64,000 nucleotides of DNA from positions 1 through 64,000 of the forward strand of contig JAEUJZ010000076.1 in assembly GCA_016794505.1 (NCBI GenBank). The letters are read 5' to 3'. This document shows, piece after piece, positions 45,530 through 55,772 of this stretch. A program made the position numbers and the translations under genes. The first letter of the stretch is position 1, and every line of letters begins with the position of its first letter. The stretch comes from Myxococcales bacterium. Its GTDB lineage: Bacteria; Myxococcota_A; Polyangia; Palsa-1104; JAEUJZ01. Under the pieces are notes generated by a model. That model had not been told where the DNA came from. It made no database searches and was given only the letters and a program-made list of their open reading frames with translations.

Positions 45530-48500
45530 CTAGCGCAGGGCGCGGGCGGCGGCCAATAGTGGCTGAAGCTCTTTGGCAATCAGTCCCTGGCTGTTCAGGG
45601 CCAGCGCGTGTTCCAAGGCAGCGACGGCACGCTCGGCAAGAGCGCGCTGCTCTTTGGGCTTCTTGGTGGTCCGCGCCTGCAGCAAAAGAAGCGCCCCTTT
45701 GGTGCCGATAAGCGGCGCCCGCTGCGGGCTCAACGACAGGCCCGCCTGGCAGGCCGCGAGCCCGCGCTCGATCTGCGCGGCAACCCGCTTCTTGCTGGCG
45801 GCGTTTTGCGGGCCCGCGATCTCCCAGGCAGAGGCGTGCCGCAGAACCTCGGCCAGCGCCTCATGCGACTCGACGGCCGACGGGGCAAGCTCGATCGCCT
45901 TTTCGGCGGCCACGCGCGCTGCAGAAAACGCCTGCGCCGCCCCCGCCGCCATCCCTTGCGCCTGCCCGCTTAAGGAAAGCAGCAGCGCCTGCGCTGCATG
46001 GATGCGCCCATCCTGCGGCTGCACGGCCAGCGCTTTGTCGACGGTCTTTAGGCCCGCCTCCAGCGTCAGCGCGGCGGGTTTGCCGGTCAGTAATTCATGC
46101 ATTGATTGCCACATTAATAACTGAACAGTCAATAGGATAGAGGTCGCTGAATTGATAGTATGGGCCGATGAATCCATCAGGTCTTTTTTGGCCTGCAATA
46201 AAGCATGGGTGACCACAGAAGGCTCGACATCGACCAGCAGCAGGTTGATGTACTGGGCCACCAGAGCCTCGCGCAGAAGCTCGGCTGGATCGCGCCCCTT
46301 TTTCCCCCCCATGGCGCCGCCGTCCAGCCCGCCATGCACCGGATGAGCCACGGCATTTCGTGCCGCCATCACCACCTGCGACGCTTCTTCGGCGCTGCAG
46401 GGCGTCGCCAGCAAGCGCCGCCGACAGATCTGACCCAAGGCTGCCGCCCAGATCTGATAGCCCGCGCCGTCCTTTGGCAGAAGCTCGACCGCTTTTTTCG
46501 CCACCGGAATCGCCTGCGACAGGATATCCGAATAGTGAATTGGCATATTTGCCTGATCTTTACCGAATAAAGCCCAGGCATAGAATTGATAATAAATATG
46601 CAGTTGGGCTTGCCGCAGCGGCAGCGAAGTCGGGCTGGCCGTTGTGGCGCGGGCAATCGCCCCCAGGGCTCGCTGCGTGCTTGCATCGAGCGCCTTGCCT
46701 TCGGCTGCGTCGAGCGCCATGGTCCGCAGAAAGTCGTGCGCTTCGGCCGCGTGCAGCGATGCATCGCTGCCGGCAATCGCCACCGCTGCCGCATGGCGCA
46801 GCGCCGCCAGATCCAGGTGCTGCCGCGCTTCGGCCCGTCGGCCGGCCGCCATCTCGGACACCGCTTGCGCGTGATAGATGTCGCCTTCCAGACGCAGCGG
46901 CTCAGGCAGCCACGGGGTCAGCGCCTGCGCCTGCTTGGCCAGCGAAAGCGCCAGGGCAAAGTCGCGCTGATAAAACGCGATCAGCCCCTGCACATACGTC
47001 GGTGATTCCGTCGCTGCTAAGCCATTTTCCAGGTGCGCAAGGCCTGGCGTCAGGCAGCACTCTGCAAGCTCGGCTTCTTGCTTGGCCTGCAGCGCCGGAT
47101 CGCTGAGCAGCGACAGTTGTTCTAGGCCGCGACGGTACTTTTCCAAGAGCACCTGGCCCAGCGCCAGACGCACTTCGGGGATCTGATAGCCGCCCAGCCA
47201 CGCGGACTCCAGCTTGCTCTGCGCTTCATCGAGCTCGCGTAAGACCCAGTGACCACGACCGATGGCGAACGAATAAAGCGGGCCGTTCGCCTCGTGTGGC
47301 GCCTGTCGCTTTCGCGCTTGCAGCTTGGCGATGCGCTCGCGCACGACCACCTGCTCGCGGCCGATGTCATGCAGCGGCAGCGAGTAGGCGTAGCGCATAA
47401 ACAGCTCCATCTCTTTGATGTCCTGGCCTAGCTGCTGGGCAAGCTCGGCCTGGCGTGTGGCGGTGAAGCGAGCGCGCAGTGCCACCGCCGCGAACACCAC
47501 GCTGCACAGCAGCACCACGGCCGAGAGCGCCACGGCCAAGCGGTGCTTGCCGATCCAGCGCCGCAGCTGATGTCTCGCCGTCGCCGGCTGCACGCTGATC
47601 GGGTCGCCGTCGAGATAATGCGAAAGATCGCCGGCCAGCGCCAGCGCCGATGGATAGCGATCCGCTGGCTCCTTCTGCATGCACTTGCGCACCACCAGAT
47701 CCAGATCCACGGGCACCAGCGGATCGATCGAGCGCAGCTCGGGCGGGTCGTTCAGCAGCACATCGAGCAAGACTTCCGTCGAGCTGCCAACAAACGGCGG
47801 CCGCCCCGCCAAGAGCGCATACAGCGTCGCGCCCAAGCCATAGACATCGGTGCGCGCATCCAGGCGATTGATCTCGCCGCGCGCTTGCTCGGGCGACATA
47901 AAGGCTGGCGTTCCCTCGATGGTGCCCGTGCTGCCCTTGGCATCGACCTCGCGAGCCAAGCCAAAGTCCATGACATACGGCCAGAAGCTACCATCCGCCC
48001 GCTGCTCAACCATGATGTTGCCGGGCTTGATGTCGCGGTGGATGATCCCCAGGCGGTGCGCGGCGTGGATGGCGTCGGCGACTTGCTGCATGAGCCGCAC
48101 TTTCTGCTCGCGGCTCATCACCGTGTAAAACGTCGCCAGAGGCTGCCCCTCGATCAGCTGCATCGCGATATACGGCTGCCCCTCGACCTCGTCGACTTCG
48201 TAGATCTTGCAGATATGTGGATGCTCGATGCGGGCTTGGGCTTGGGCTTCGCGGATGAAGCGTTGGCGTTGGCGCTCGGCGAGGTCGCTCTGCTCAGGCA
48301 GGTACAAGAGCTTGATGGCGACGGCGCGGTTCAAACGACGATCGGTGGCGCGATAGACCGTCCCCATGCCACCCGCGCCGAGGAAACCGGTGATGCGATA
48401 GAGATCCCAGTCGCGCAGCGGCAACAGCTCGCTGCCGCGCACCGAGACCACGCTATCGTCGGACGTATCGACCTGATCGGCGTCAATCGTGCGTTCCAGG

Positions 48501-48757
48501 CTGTCCTGCGAGCGGGCCGCCAGCACGACTGCTTCGGCCACATCGGCAAACTCAGGGTAGCCGACGGCCACGGCTTTCTCGTCGCTGGTCGACAGGGGAT
48601 TCAGCGACTCTTCCGATGAGATGGTCGGCGCCGACAGGTTGCTTGCCGCCGAAGCCGAGCGCTTGCTTTCTGCGCTGCGCTGCAGCGGTAGCTGCCCTGA
48701 AGTGCGCGCTTTTGGCATCTGATCTTTCGCCATGCGCCGTCGCTGCGAACCCCGCAA
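45530..48757 (-). CDS. Membrane-anchored Ser/Thr protein kinase with a large C-terminal TPR-like/helical sensor domain.
   Basis: FLGAGGMGTVYRA, AIKLL, HRDIKPGNIM, DFGLA, GTPAFMSPEQ. A TM helix follows the kinase domain. Two locally AT-rich patches (about 46.08-46.2 kb and 46.5-46.6 kb) lie inside the C-terminal domain. Confidence 0.9.
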   Translation of the reverse strand: MRGSQRRRMAKDQMPKARTSGQLPLQRSAESKRSASAASNLSAPTISSEESLNPLSTSDEKAVAVGYPEFADVAEAVVLAARSQDSLERTIDADQVDTSDDSVVSVRGSELLPLRDWDLYRITGFLGAGGMGTVYRATDRRLNRAVAIKLLYLPEQSDLAERQRQRFIREAQAQARIEHPHICKIYEVDEVEGQPYIAMQLIEGQPLATFYTVMSREQKVRLMQQVADAIHAAHRLGIIHRDIKPGNIMVEQRADGSFWPYVMDFGLAREVDAKGSTGTIEGTPAFMSPEQARGEINRLDARTDVYGLGATLYALLAGRPPFVGSSTEVLLDVLLNDPPELRSIDPLVPVDLDLVVRKCMQKEPADRYPSALALAGDLSHYLDGDPISVQPATARHQLRRWIGKHRLAVALSAVVLLCSVVFAAVALRARFTATRQAELAQQLGQDIKEMELFMRYAYSLPLHDIGREQVVVRERIAKLQARKRQAPHEANGPLYSFAIGRGHWVLRELDEAQSKLESAWLGGYQIPEVRLALGQVLLEKYRRGLEQLSLLSDPALQAKQEAELAECCLTPGLAHLENGLAATESPTYVQGLIAFYQRDFALALSLAKQAQALTPWLPEPLRLEGDIYHAQAVSEMAAGRRAEARQHLDLAALRHAAAVAIAGSDASLHAAEAHDFLRTMALDAAEGKALDASTQRALGAIARATTASPTSLPLRQAQLHIYYQFYAWALFGKDQANMPIHYSDILSQAIPVAKKAVELLPKDGAGYQIWAAALGQICRRRLLATPCSAEEASQVVMAARNAVAHPVHGGLDGGAMGGKKGRDPAELLREALVAQYINLLLVDVEPSVVTHALLQAKKDLMDSSAHTINSATSILLTVQLLMWQSMHELLTGKPAALTLEAGLKTVDKALAVQPQDGRIHAAQALLLSLSGQAQGMAAGAAQAFSAARVAAEKAIELAPSAVESHEALAEVLRHASAWEIAGPQNAASKKRVAAQIERGLAACQAGLSLSPQRAPLIGTKGALLLLQARTTKKPKEQRALAERAVAALEHALALNSQGLIAKELQPLLAAARALR

Positions 48758-48840
48758 TCAGTATACGGCGAGGCAAGGGGACGCATGCGAGCGAATTTGC
48801 TGGTTCTACGACCTAGTCCGGCGTCGATGCAACAGACCCG

Positions 48841-50697
48841 TCAGTGCTGCGGCCGCAGATCTTCCAAGTCCGCCAGGTAGTGCCGCATGTAGTCACGCAC
48901 TACCGCCTCGATGTCTTCGGCGCTGGGAAGCTCTAAGAGCGTCTGCACGAGGCGCTTGGCTTCTTCGGCGTGGGCCTGCCGCAGCACACGCTTGACCAGC
49001 GGCAGCGCCGACGCACTCATCGACAGATCGTCGAGCTCAAGCCCGAGCAGCACGATGGAGTACAGCGGATCGCTGGCCATCTCGCCACACATCGCCACAC
49101 GCTTGCCGGCCGCGTGACCCGCCTCGACCGTGCGCTTGACCATGCGCAGCACAGCAGGATGCAGCGGCTGGTACAGATAGCCGACGTGCTCGTTTAGGCG
49201 ATCAAGCGCCAGCGCGTACTGGATGAGATCGTTCGTGCCGATCGACATGAAGTCGCACTCGCGCGCCAGGTGATCGGCCACCATGACGGCCGATGGCATC
49301 TCGACCATGATTCCGACGGGAATGTCCTCGGCAAACGGCAGCCCTTCGCGGCGCATCTCGGCCTTGCACTCTTCCAAGATGGCCTTGGCCGCGCGCAGCT
49401 CTTGCACGCCCGAGATCATGGGAAACATGATGCGCATTCGACCATGCGTCGAGGCACGCAGAAGGCCCCGCAGCTGCGCTTTGAACATCGCTGTCTCGCG
49501 CAAGCACAGCCGCAGCGAGCGCAGACCCAAGGCGGGATTCGGCTCTTTGTCTGTCGGGATTCCCAGCGATGCGCCGACCATCTTGTGCAGAAAGGGTGCG
49601 ACCTTGTCGACGCCCAGATCAAACGTGCGGAACGTCGCTGGGAATGGCGCGACGCGTCGCACAACGCCGCGTGCATGCATGAAGTGTTCTTCTTCACGCG
49701 GCAGATCCGAGCGCTCTAGAAACAGAAATTCGGTGCGGTAAAGCCCGATGCCCTCGGCGCCATAGTCCAGAGCGTAGGGCACTTCATCGGGCATCTCGAT
49801 GTTCGCAAGCAGGCCGACCCGCGCGTGGTCTTTGGTCTCGGCCGGCGCGTCGCGATCGCTAAGCAGCGCCTCGATGCGCTGGTGCTGACTGCGCGCTTTG
49901 AAGCGGTACTCATCGACCAGCTCATGCGTCGGGCACAGGATGACTTCACCGCGATTGCCATCGACGATCAGCAGGTCGCCGCTGCCGATGGCTTCCGTGA
50001 TGGTGTCCAGACCCACGACGGCGGGAATGCCAAAGGCCTGCGCCAAGATCGAGCTGTGTGAGGTGCGCCCGCCTGCGTCAGTGACAATGGCAGCGACCAG
50101 GCTTTTGTGCAGATGAACGGTGTCCGCTGGCGACAGATCGTGCGCCACGACGACTGAGCCCTGCGGCGGTGGTACCTGCGGCGCGTCGCTCGCGCCCGAA
50201 CCGTCGAGGTTGCGCAGCACCTGCTCGCCGACGAACTCAACATCGCTGCGCCGCTCGCGAAAGTACTCTTGGTCGATGGCATCGAAGCGCTGCTTGATCT
50301 CTTCAACGGTCTTGTGCAGCGCCCACTCGGCATTGATCTTTTCGTCGCGGATGCGTCGGCGCGTCGGATTGATCAGGTGCTCATCGTGCAGGATCAGCTG
50401 ATACGCTTCGAGGATGACGCCGGTCTGTTCTTCGTCGGTCTCGCGCAGCTTGCGCTTCAGCCGTTCCAGCTGCAGATCGGCGCGCGACACCGCTTCATCC
50501 AAGCGCACAAGCTCGGACGCGACTTCTTCAGCGGGAATGTGTCGCTTGGGGACTTTGATGCGGCGGCGGTCGATGACGAAGGCGCGCCCAACGGCGATAC
50601 CTGGCGATGCGGCGATGCCATGGCGCACTTCGGTGGACAACGGGCGCGAGACTGGCTTCACCGCAAAATAGGGCCCGCTCTCGTCCGACGAAGGCAT
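48841..50697 (-). CDS. ptsI: Phosphoenolpyruvate-protein phosphotransferase (PTS Enzyme I).
   Basis: GGRTSHSSILAQAFGIPAVVG (His-domain), a PEP-utilizing TIM barrel, and ~600 aa. Confidence 0.9.
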   Translation of the reverse strand: MPSSDESGPYFAVKPVSRPLSTEVRHGIAASPGIAVGRAFVIDRRRIKVPKRHIPAEEVASELVRLDEAVSRADLQLERLKRKLRETDEEQTGVILEAYQLILHDEHLINPTRRRIRDEKINAEWALHKTVEEIKQRFDAIDQEYFRERRSDVEFVGEQVLRNLDGSGASDAPQVPPPQGSVVVAHDLSPADTVHLHKSLVAAIVTDAGGRTSHSSILAQAFGIPAVVGLDTITEAIGSGDLLIVDGNRGEVILCPTHELVDEYRFKARSQHQRIEALLSDRDAPAETKDHARVGLLANIEMPDEVPYALDYGAEGIGLYRTEFLFLERSDLPREEEHFMHARGVVRRVAPFPATFRTFDLGVDKVAPFLHKMVGASLGIPTDKEPNPALGLRSLRLCLRETAMFKAQLRGLLRASTHGRMRIMFPMISGVQELRAAKAILEECKAEMRREGLPFAEDIPVGIMVEMPSAVMVADHLARECDFMSIGTNDLIQYALALDRLNEHVGYLYQPLHPAVLRMVKRTVEAGHAAGKRVAMCGEMASDPLYSIVLLGLELDDLSMSASALPLVKRVLRQAHAEEAKRLVQTLLELPSAEDIEAVVRDYMRHYLADLEDLRPQH

Positions 50698-50700
50698 GAG

Positions 50701-50970
50701 CTATTCCTCCCCAAAGCCGGCTTTCACCAAGTCGGTCAGCGCAGCCAGGCATTCTTTTGCGTCGTCGCCATCGCATGAGATGATGATCTGACTGCCCTTC
50801 CCAGCGACGAGCAAGAGCACGCCCATGATGCTCTTGCCGTTTACGTCTTGGCCGTCTTTGCGGACCATCACGTTGCAGCGGAACTTGTTCGCCGTCTGAA
50901 CAAAGCGCGTCGAAGCGCGGGCATGGAGGCCCGCCTTGTTGACAATTTGAACCGTGCTCTGCGCCATCAT
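50701..50970 (-). CDS. ptsH: Phosphocarrier protein HPr.
   Basis: …AGLHARAS… active-site His context and an 89-aa HPr fold. Confidence 0.9.
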   Translation of the reverse strand: MMAQSTVQIVNKAGLHARASTRFVQTANKFRCNVMVRKDGQDVNGKSIMGVLLLVAGKGSQIIISCDGDDAKECLAALTDLVKAGFGEE

Positions 50971-51064
50971 TCGGTCACTTGGATCGGGTTGACTGTGTCG
51001 CGTCGAGGTTTTTGAGCTTCGCTGATTCCGGGGCAGAGTCCAAGCACGAACACTGCCGCGGCGC

Positions 51065-51463
51065 TCACTCGCAGTGGATGCTCTTGGTGCCGGTGGCCAC
51101 TAGCTCACCGCTGAGCTGTTCCGGGCCGAGCTTCCGGTCGGCAGTGCCCAGCTTGACCAGCATCGGCAGGTTGACCCCTGTCACCACGTGCCCGCTCCGC
51201 CCGTCACAGCGGCTGCAGCACAGCTGGGCCGGCGTTGAGCCAACGAGATCCACCAGGAACAACACCTCTTCACAGGTCTGCAATCCCAAGCGGGCGACGG
51301 CTTCGCTGATCTTGCTATCGACGGCGCGTCGATCATCTTCGGGCTCGACGCCGACTGGGACTACATCTGGCAGATCCATGCCCAAAAAACGCCGCGCGGC
51401 ATCGAGCATGTCTGCGCCAGCCTGACCATGTGTGACGATCACCACAGGAGTGAGCTGACTCAT
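51065..51463 (-). CDS. PTS EIIA component, mannose/fructose family.
   Basis: VIVTHGQAGADMLDAA (phosphorylatable His in the THG motif). About 130 aa. Confidence 0.8.
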   Translation of the reverse strand: MSQLTPVVIVTHGQAGADMLDAARRFLGMDLPDVVPVGVEPEDDRRAVDSKISEAVARLGLQTCEEVLFLVDLVGSTPAQLCCSRCDGRSGHVVTGVNLPMLVKLGTADRKLGPEQLSGELVATGTKSIHCE

Positions 51464-51465
51464 CG

Positions 51466-52377
51466 CTATTTCCTCTCGAGACCGCGACCCAGCTCGCGAT
51501 GTCTAACCGTAATCTGATAGCGAGCCTGGAGTCGATTGAAAAGTTCTGTCGTGACTGCGACGGAGCGATGGCGTCCCCCGGTGCAGCCAATGGCAATGGT
51601 GAAGTAAGCCTTGCCTTCACGTTGCGCCCGCGGCAGGTAAAACGCCAGCAGATCTTCGATGCGCCGCAATAGCTCTTGCGCGTCGGCATGTTCCAAGACG
51701 AAGCGCGCCACCTTTTCGTCCAGCCCAGAAAGCGGTGACAGATCGGCGATGAAGTAGGGGTTTGGCAGAAAGCGCACATCGAGAACTACGTCGGCTTCGG
51801 CGGGCAGGCCATGCTTGAAGCCGAAGCTGACCAAGGTCAGCGAAAAGTTGCTGTCGGGACGACCGTAGCGTTCTTGGATGACGCGCTTGAGCTGATGCAC
51901 CGTCAAGTCGCCCGTGTCGACGACCGCATGGGCCTCATCGCGCAGCGGCATCAGCTGACGACGCTCGTGCTGAATGCCAGCGCGCAGATCCTCGGGCCCC
52001 AGCCCGCCTTTGCTTGCCGTTCCCGACGAGGATGCAGACGACGATGCAGACGAGCCATGCAGGGGGTGGCGTCGCCGCGTCTCGGAAAAGCGCCGCAGCA
52101 AGACCTCATCTGCGGCATCCAAGAACAACACCTCAAGCGAGTGCCCGGCCCGCCGCAGATCGGCCATGGCGCCGCGAAAACCGCCGAGAAATTCTCCCTC
52201 GCGCGCATCGATGCCGAGAGCGGCCATTCGCTGGCTGGTCTGGGACAGCAAGCTGACAAACTGTCCGACGAGCGGCAGCGGCAAGTTATCGACGCAGTAA
52301 TAGCCCAGGTCTTCCAAGGCGCGCAGTGCCGTCGACTTGCCCGCGCCCGAGATGCCTGTCACAACCAGCACACGCAT
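51466..52377 (-). CDS. rapZ: RNase adapter / P-loop nucleotide-binding protein RapZ (YhbJ/YvcJ family).
   Basis: MRVLVVTGISGAGKSTALRALEDLGYYCVDNLP. The track ORF extends to 52683, and the upstream low-complexity region is probably non-coding. Confidence 0.8.
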   Translation of the reverse strand: MRVLVVTGISGAGKSTALRALEDLGYYCVDNLPLPLVGQFVSLLSQTSQRMAALGIDAREGEFLGGFRGAMADLRRAGHSLEVLFLDAADEVLLRRFSETRRRHPLHGSSASSSASSSGTASKGGLGPEDLRAGIQHERRQLMPLRDEAHAVVDTGDLTVHQLKRVIQERYGRPDSNFSLTLVSFGFKHGLPAEADVVLDVRFLPNPYFIADLSPLSGLDEKVARFVLEHADAQELLRRIEDLLAFYLPRAQREGKAYFTIAIGCTGGRHRSVAVTTELFNRLQARYQITVRHRELGRGLERK

Positions 52378-52728
52378 CGGCCCCGGTGCCACGCTGATCC
52401 CGGCCTCTTTTGCGCCCGCGCTTGCGGTCCCTCCCTCGGCGCTGCCTGCAGCAGTGCCATTGCTTGCGGATGCGGACTCCACCGATGTGTTCTTTCCCGA
52501 CGGAGACGACGGGTCCTTTGGCGACTGCAGAGAATCGACCGGCATGCCGGCAACAGAGTGCATGAGACCCCGCAGCCAATCAACAGTTGGCGCACGACCT
52601 GGCCCCTCGCGTCTGGGCAGCGCCCACCACCCCACTGAGGGGACGGACCGTCGCATTCCTCGCCCGCGGGCTGGCCGAGCCAAGGTTCAAATTGACCGGT
52701 CTTATGCTCCTCACCTATGGTGCGCGCC

Positions 52729-53799
52729 ATGGCGAAGCCGCCGATCACGGCGAACCAAGTCACCTTCCTGCGGCTGATTCTTTTGCCGATTGGAGCGGCG
52801 CTTTTTTATCTCGGTCTGACTGCCCAGTGGATCAACCTGGTCTTTATGACCCTGCTTGGCTGTACCGACTTTGTCGACGGCTGGCTGGCGCGCAAGTACG
52901 GCTCGACCGAGCTTGGACGGCTGATGGATCCCATCGCCGACAAGGTCTTTGTCGTCGTCATCTTTATGCCGTTTATCGATCTCGGCTGGCTGGCGCCCTG
53001 GCAGGTGTTGCTGTTGCTGTCGCGTGAGTTTGTCGTCACAGCGCTGCGCTCGACGTACGAGCGCCTGAAGATCTCACCGAAGACCGCCTTTCTGGCCAAG
53101 GTCAAAGCCTGGGCGCAGATGGGCGGCTGCGGCGTGCTGTTCATGATGCGCGTCGTGCCAGAAAAGTGGATGCTCTATGTCCTCATCGCAGGCACGGCGC
53201 TGCCGATCCTGGCGACGGGAATTCGCTTCCTAATCACCGGATACCTGTGGCGCGTGTCGTTCATCATGGCCGGGTGGTTTGGCGTGCTTCTGGCGGGTCA
53301 GCTTGTGTTCAACAACGAGTGGAACTTTCAGCTGCTGACCTGGACCATCCTCGGCATTACCTGGCTTTCGGCGTGGACGTACCTCTTGCCCGCGCTGCGC
53401 TTGATCGTGACGGGCAAGTTCGGGCTGCCTGACTGGGTACGGCTCGTGGCATCGATCGCGCTGCCCATCTTGTTCGTCGACGCACAGGCGCGACCCGACC
53501 TGGCCCCGTGGGTCATCATGCTGACCATGTGTCTTGAAATGGCCGTCGGTGGACTCGACAACCTGCTGTGTGCTCATGGCGCGCAGAGCAACACGCTTCG
53601 TTGGGCCTTGCGCGTCGGTCCGGTCGGGCTGTCTACGGCCCTGGCTCTGCGCTTGCCGGTCGGCGATACGCGCGCCATGTGGCTGCTTTATGGCGGGCTG
53701 TTCGTGTCGCTATGGGGAACTGCGGTGACGTTCTATCGCGGTCGGCATTATTACCTAGAAGAACCACAGACCAAGGTCTCGTCGCTGTCTGACGACTAG
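52729..53799 (+). CDS. CDP-alcohol phosphatidyltransferase family protein with additional C-terminal TM helices.
   Basis: DFVDGWLARKYGSTELGRLMDPIADK (DG..AR..G…D…D motif). Polytopic. Confidence 0.8.
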   Translation: MAKPPITANQVTFLRLILLPIGAALFYLGLTAQWINLVFMTLLGCTDFVDGWLARKYGSTELGRLMDPIADKVFVVVIFMPFIDLGWLAPWQVLLLLSREFVVTALRSTYERLKISPKTAFLAKVKAWAQMGGCGVLFMMRVVPEKWMLYVLIAGTALPILATGIRFLITGYLWRVSFIMAGWFGVLLAGQLVFNNEWNFQLLTWTILGITWLSAWTYLLPALRLIVTGKFGLPDWVRLVASIALPILFVDAQARPDLAPWVIMLTMCLEMAVGGLDNLLCAHGAQSNTLRWALRVGPVGLSTALALRLPVGDTRAMWLLYGGLFVSLWGTAVTFYRGRHYYLEEPQTKVSSLSDD

Positions 53800-53818
53800 A
53801 ACCACACAAGCCGAGGCC

Positions 53819-54925
53819 ATGCCGATGACTGTTCGCAGCCGCGACCGCAACGTGGGCGTCACGATCATCTCGGGTTTCTTGGGGGCCGGAAAGACGACGC
53901 TCTTGCGCCGCCTGGTCTGCGACGAGCGCTTCGGTCCGCGCCTGGCCATCTTGGTCAATGACGTGGGCGAGCTTGGCCTGGATCCTGAGCTGATCCGCAG
54001 CGCCGGCAGCGCTCCGACGCTGCGCATCACTGAGCTGGTATCAGGCTGCATCTGCTGCACGCTGCAGGGCGAGTTTGTCACCGCCTTGCGCACGCTGATC
54101 CGAGGCGAGGGGCTGCCGCGCAAACCCGAGCACATCTTGATCGAGCCTTCGGGCATCGCGCGAGCGAGTGAGCTGAGCTTCGCCATCAACGCCATCGGCA
54201 GCGAAGAGCCCGTCGAGACGGACGCGGTGATCACGCTGGTCGATGCTCACAACGCCGCCCGCGCTTTTTCAGAACAGCCCGATTTGTTCGTCGACCAGGT
54301 CCGCAGCGCCGACCTGATCCTGATCAACAAGGCCGACTTGATGCCCGATCCCGCCGAGCGCGAGCGGCTGCTTGAGTGGCTGCGACCGCTGGCCCCGCGC
54401 GCCAACCTGCTGTGGACGGCGCAGGCGCAGATCGATCCAGCGCTGCTCTTTGGTCAGATCGATCTATTGGCGCAAGCGGTCGCACCGGCTGCGCAGCCGT
54501 CGACGAAGCCAGCCATCGCGTTGCATCACCGTCACGAGTCCAGCCAGCCCCGTCACGAGTCCGACCACGCGATGCACGCCGCGCCGCAAGAGGGCATGGC
54601 CGCCCTGACCCTGCCCGTGCCCTTCGTCGTCGATCGCGATCGCCTAGAGGACTTCCTGGACGCCCAGGCCGACCGCATCTTTCGCATCAAAGGCATCGTC
54701 AGCGCACGCTGGGCCCGTCCTGCCGACGAAGCCGCCACGGAAGCGCCGGTTCCGACGCTGGTTCAGGCCGTGGGCGACCGCGTTGACATCGATCGCCTAC
54801 ACCAAGACTCGCCGCTGTGCTCGGCCCCGCGCCGGCTGATCTTTATCGGCAGCCCAAGCGCCCTGGATCGCGCTCGCCTTACGCAAGAACTGTGGGATAC
54901 GGCGGAAGCTGCTGGAAGCTGTTGA
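53819..54925 (+). CDS. COG0523 (CobW/ZigA/YjiA-like) GTPase metallochaperone.
   Basis: GFLGAGKTTLL P-loop, CICC metal-binding motif, and a His-rich linker. Confidence 0.8.
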   Translation: MPMTVRSRDRNVGVTIISGFLGAGKTTLLRRLVCDERFGPRLAILVNDVGELGLDPELIRSAGSAPTLRITELVSGCICCTLQGEFVTALRTLIRGEGLPRKPEHILIEPSGIARASELSFAINAIGSEEPVETDAVITLVDAHNAARAFSEQPDLFVDQVRSADLILINKADLMPDPAERERLLEWLRPLAPRANLLWTAQAQIDPALLFGQIDLLAQAVAPAAQPSTKPAIALHHRHESSQPRHESDHAMHAAPQEGMAALTLPVPFVVDRDRLEDFLDAQADRIFRIKGIVSARWARPADEAATEAPVPTLVQAVGDRVDIDRLHQDSPLCSAPRRLIFIGSPSALDRARLTQELWDTAEAAGSC

Positions 54926-54957
54926 TTTCCGTCTCGGGAATCGGTTAATCAAAGACC

Positions 54958-55545
54958 ATGCAGTCGGCCGAGCCGGAGAAGGGCAAGCTCTTCCTAAGCA
55001 AGGTGGGAGAGTATCTCGTTTCCCTTCCTTTCGACTTGAAGATCTTGCAGGAGGCCGTCGCCGAAACCGAGCTACCCCGTGCGACACGCGAGCTAGCCGC
55101 GGCGGTGCTGATCAACGCACTGAGCCCGCAAGACGGCCCCAGCCCCGACCGATACCTCGACGATCTGTTTTGGCTGCGAATGACGCTGTCCGAGATCGCG
55201 CGCAGCGCCGCTGCCGTCGAGTGCAGTTTCAGCGCCCGCTTCGACGATGTGTTCCGCACGCTGCCCGACGACTTGGCCCTGTTTGAACAGGTGCTGGGAC
55301 GCGAGCTTTGGTCGTGGCTGCAGGCGCGCCTGCCGACGATGGCCCGGCTCAGCCTCAAGGGCAAGCGGCCCGCCCAGTACGTCGATGACGAGAGCTCCTG
55401 GGATGCGCTGTACGAAGACGGCTTGGACTTCCAAACACACTACGACGTGACGGAAGAGCGCGTGCAGAATCGGCTGCGTAGCCCGAAGCAGATCCTTGAG
55501 TATCTGCAGCGACGATACAGCGACGACAGCAAGAGGAAAGCCTAG
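54958..55545 (+). CDS. Hypothetical cytoplasmic protein.
   Basis: Clean ORF with protein-like composition and no recognised motif. Confidence 0.4.
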   Translation: MQSAEPEKGKLFLSKVGEYLVSLPFDLKILQEAVAETELPRATRELAAAVLINALSPQDGPSPDRYLDDLFWLRMTLSEIARSAAAVECSFSARFDDVFRTLPDDLALFEQVLGRELWSWLQARLPTMARLSLKGKRPAQYVDDESSWDALYEDGLDFQTHYDVTEERVQNRLRSPKQILEYLQRRYSDDSKRKA

Positions 55546-55772
55546 GCGCGTGTGGAACAAAGAGCCACGGACGCCACGCAGCAAGCGGGCCTTTTGCACC
55601 TACAGCGGATCCGCAGGGGACAGGATGCGATGGGACGCGAGCACGATACGCGCAGAAGACGGGGCCATGGGCCCTTTGGCCACGCGGCTCTCGCCCTGCA
55701 GGTTCTGATTCGGTGCGCGCTTACACGCCGCTAGGCCAGACCTTGCAGCAAATGCCGCAGCAGACGCATCCA

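Noticed and set aside
47543-48619. A 358-aa '+' ORF inside the kinase gene.
   Set aside because: It is antisense to a canonical Hanks kinase domain.
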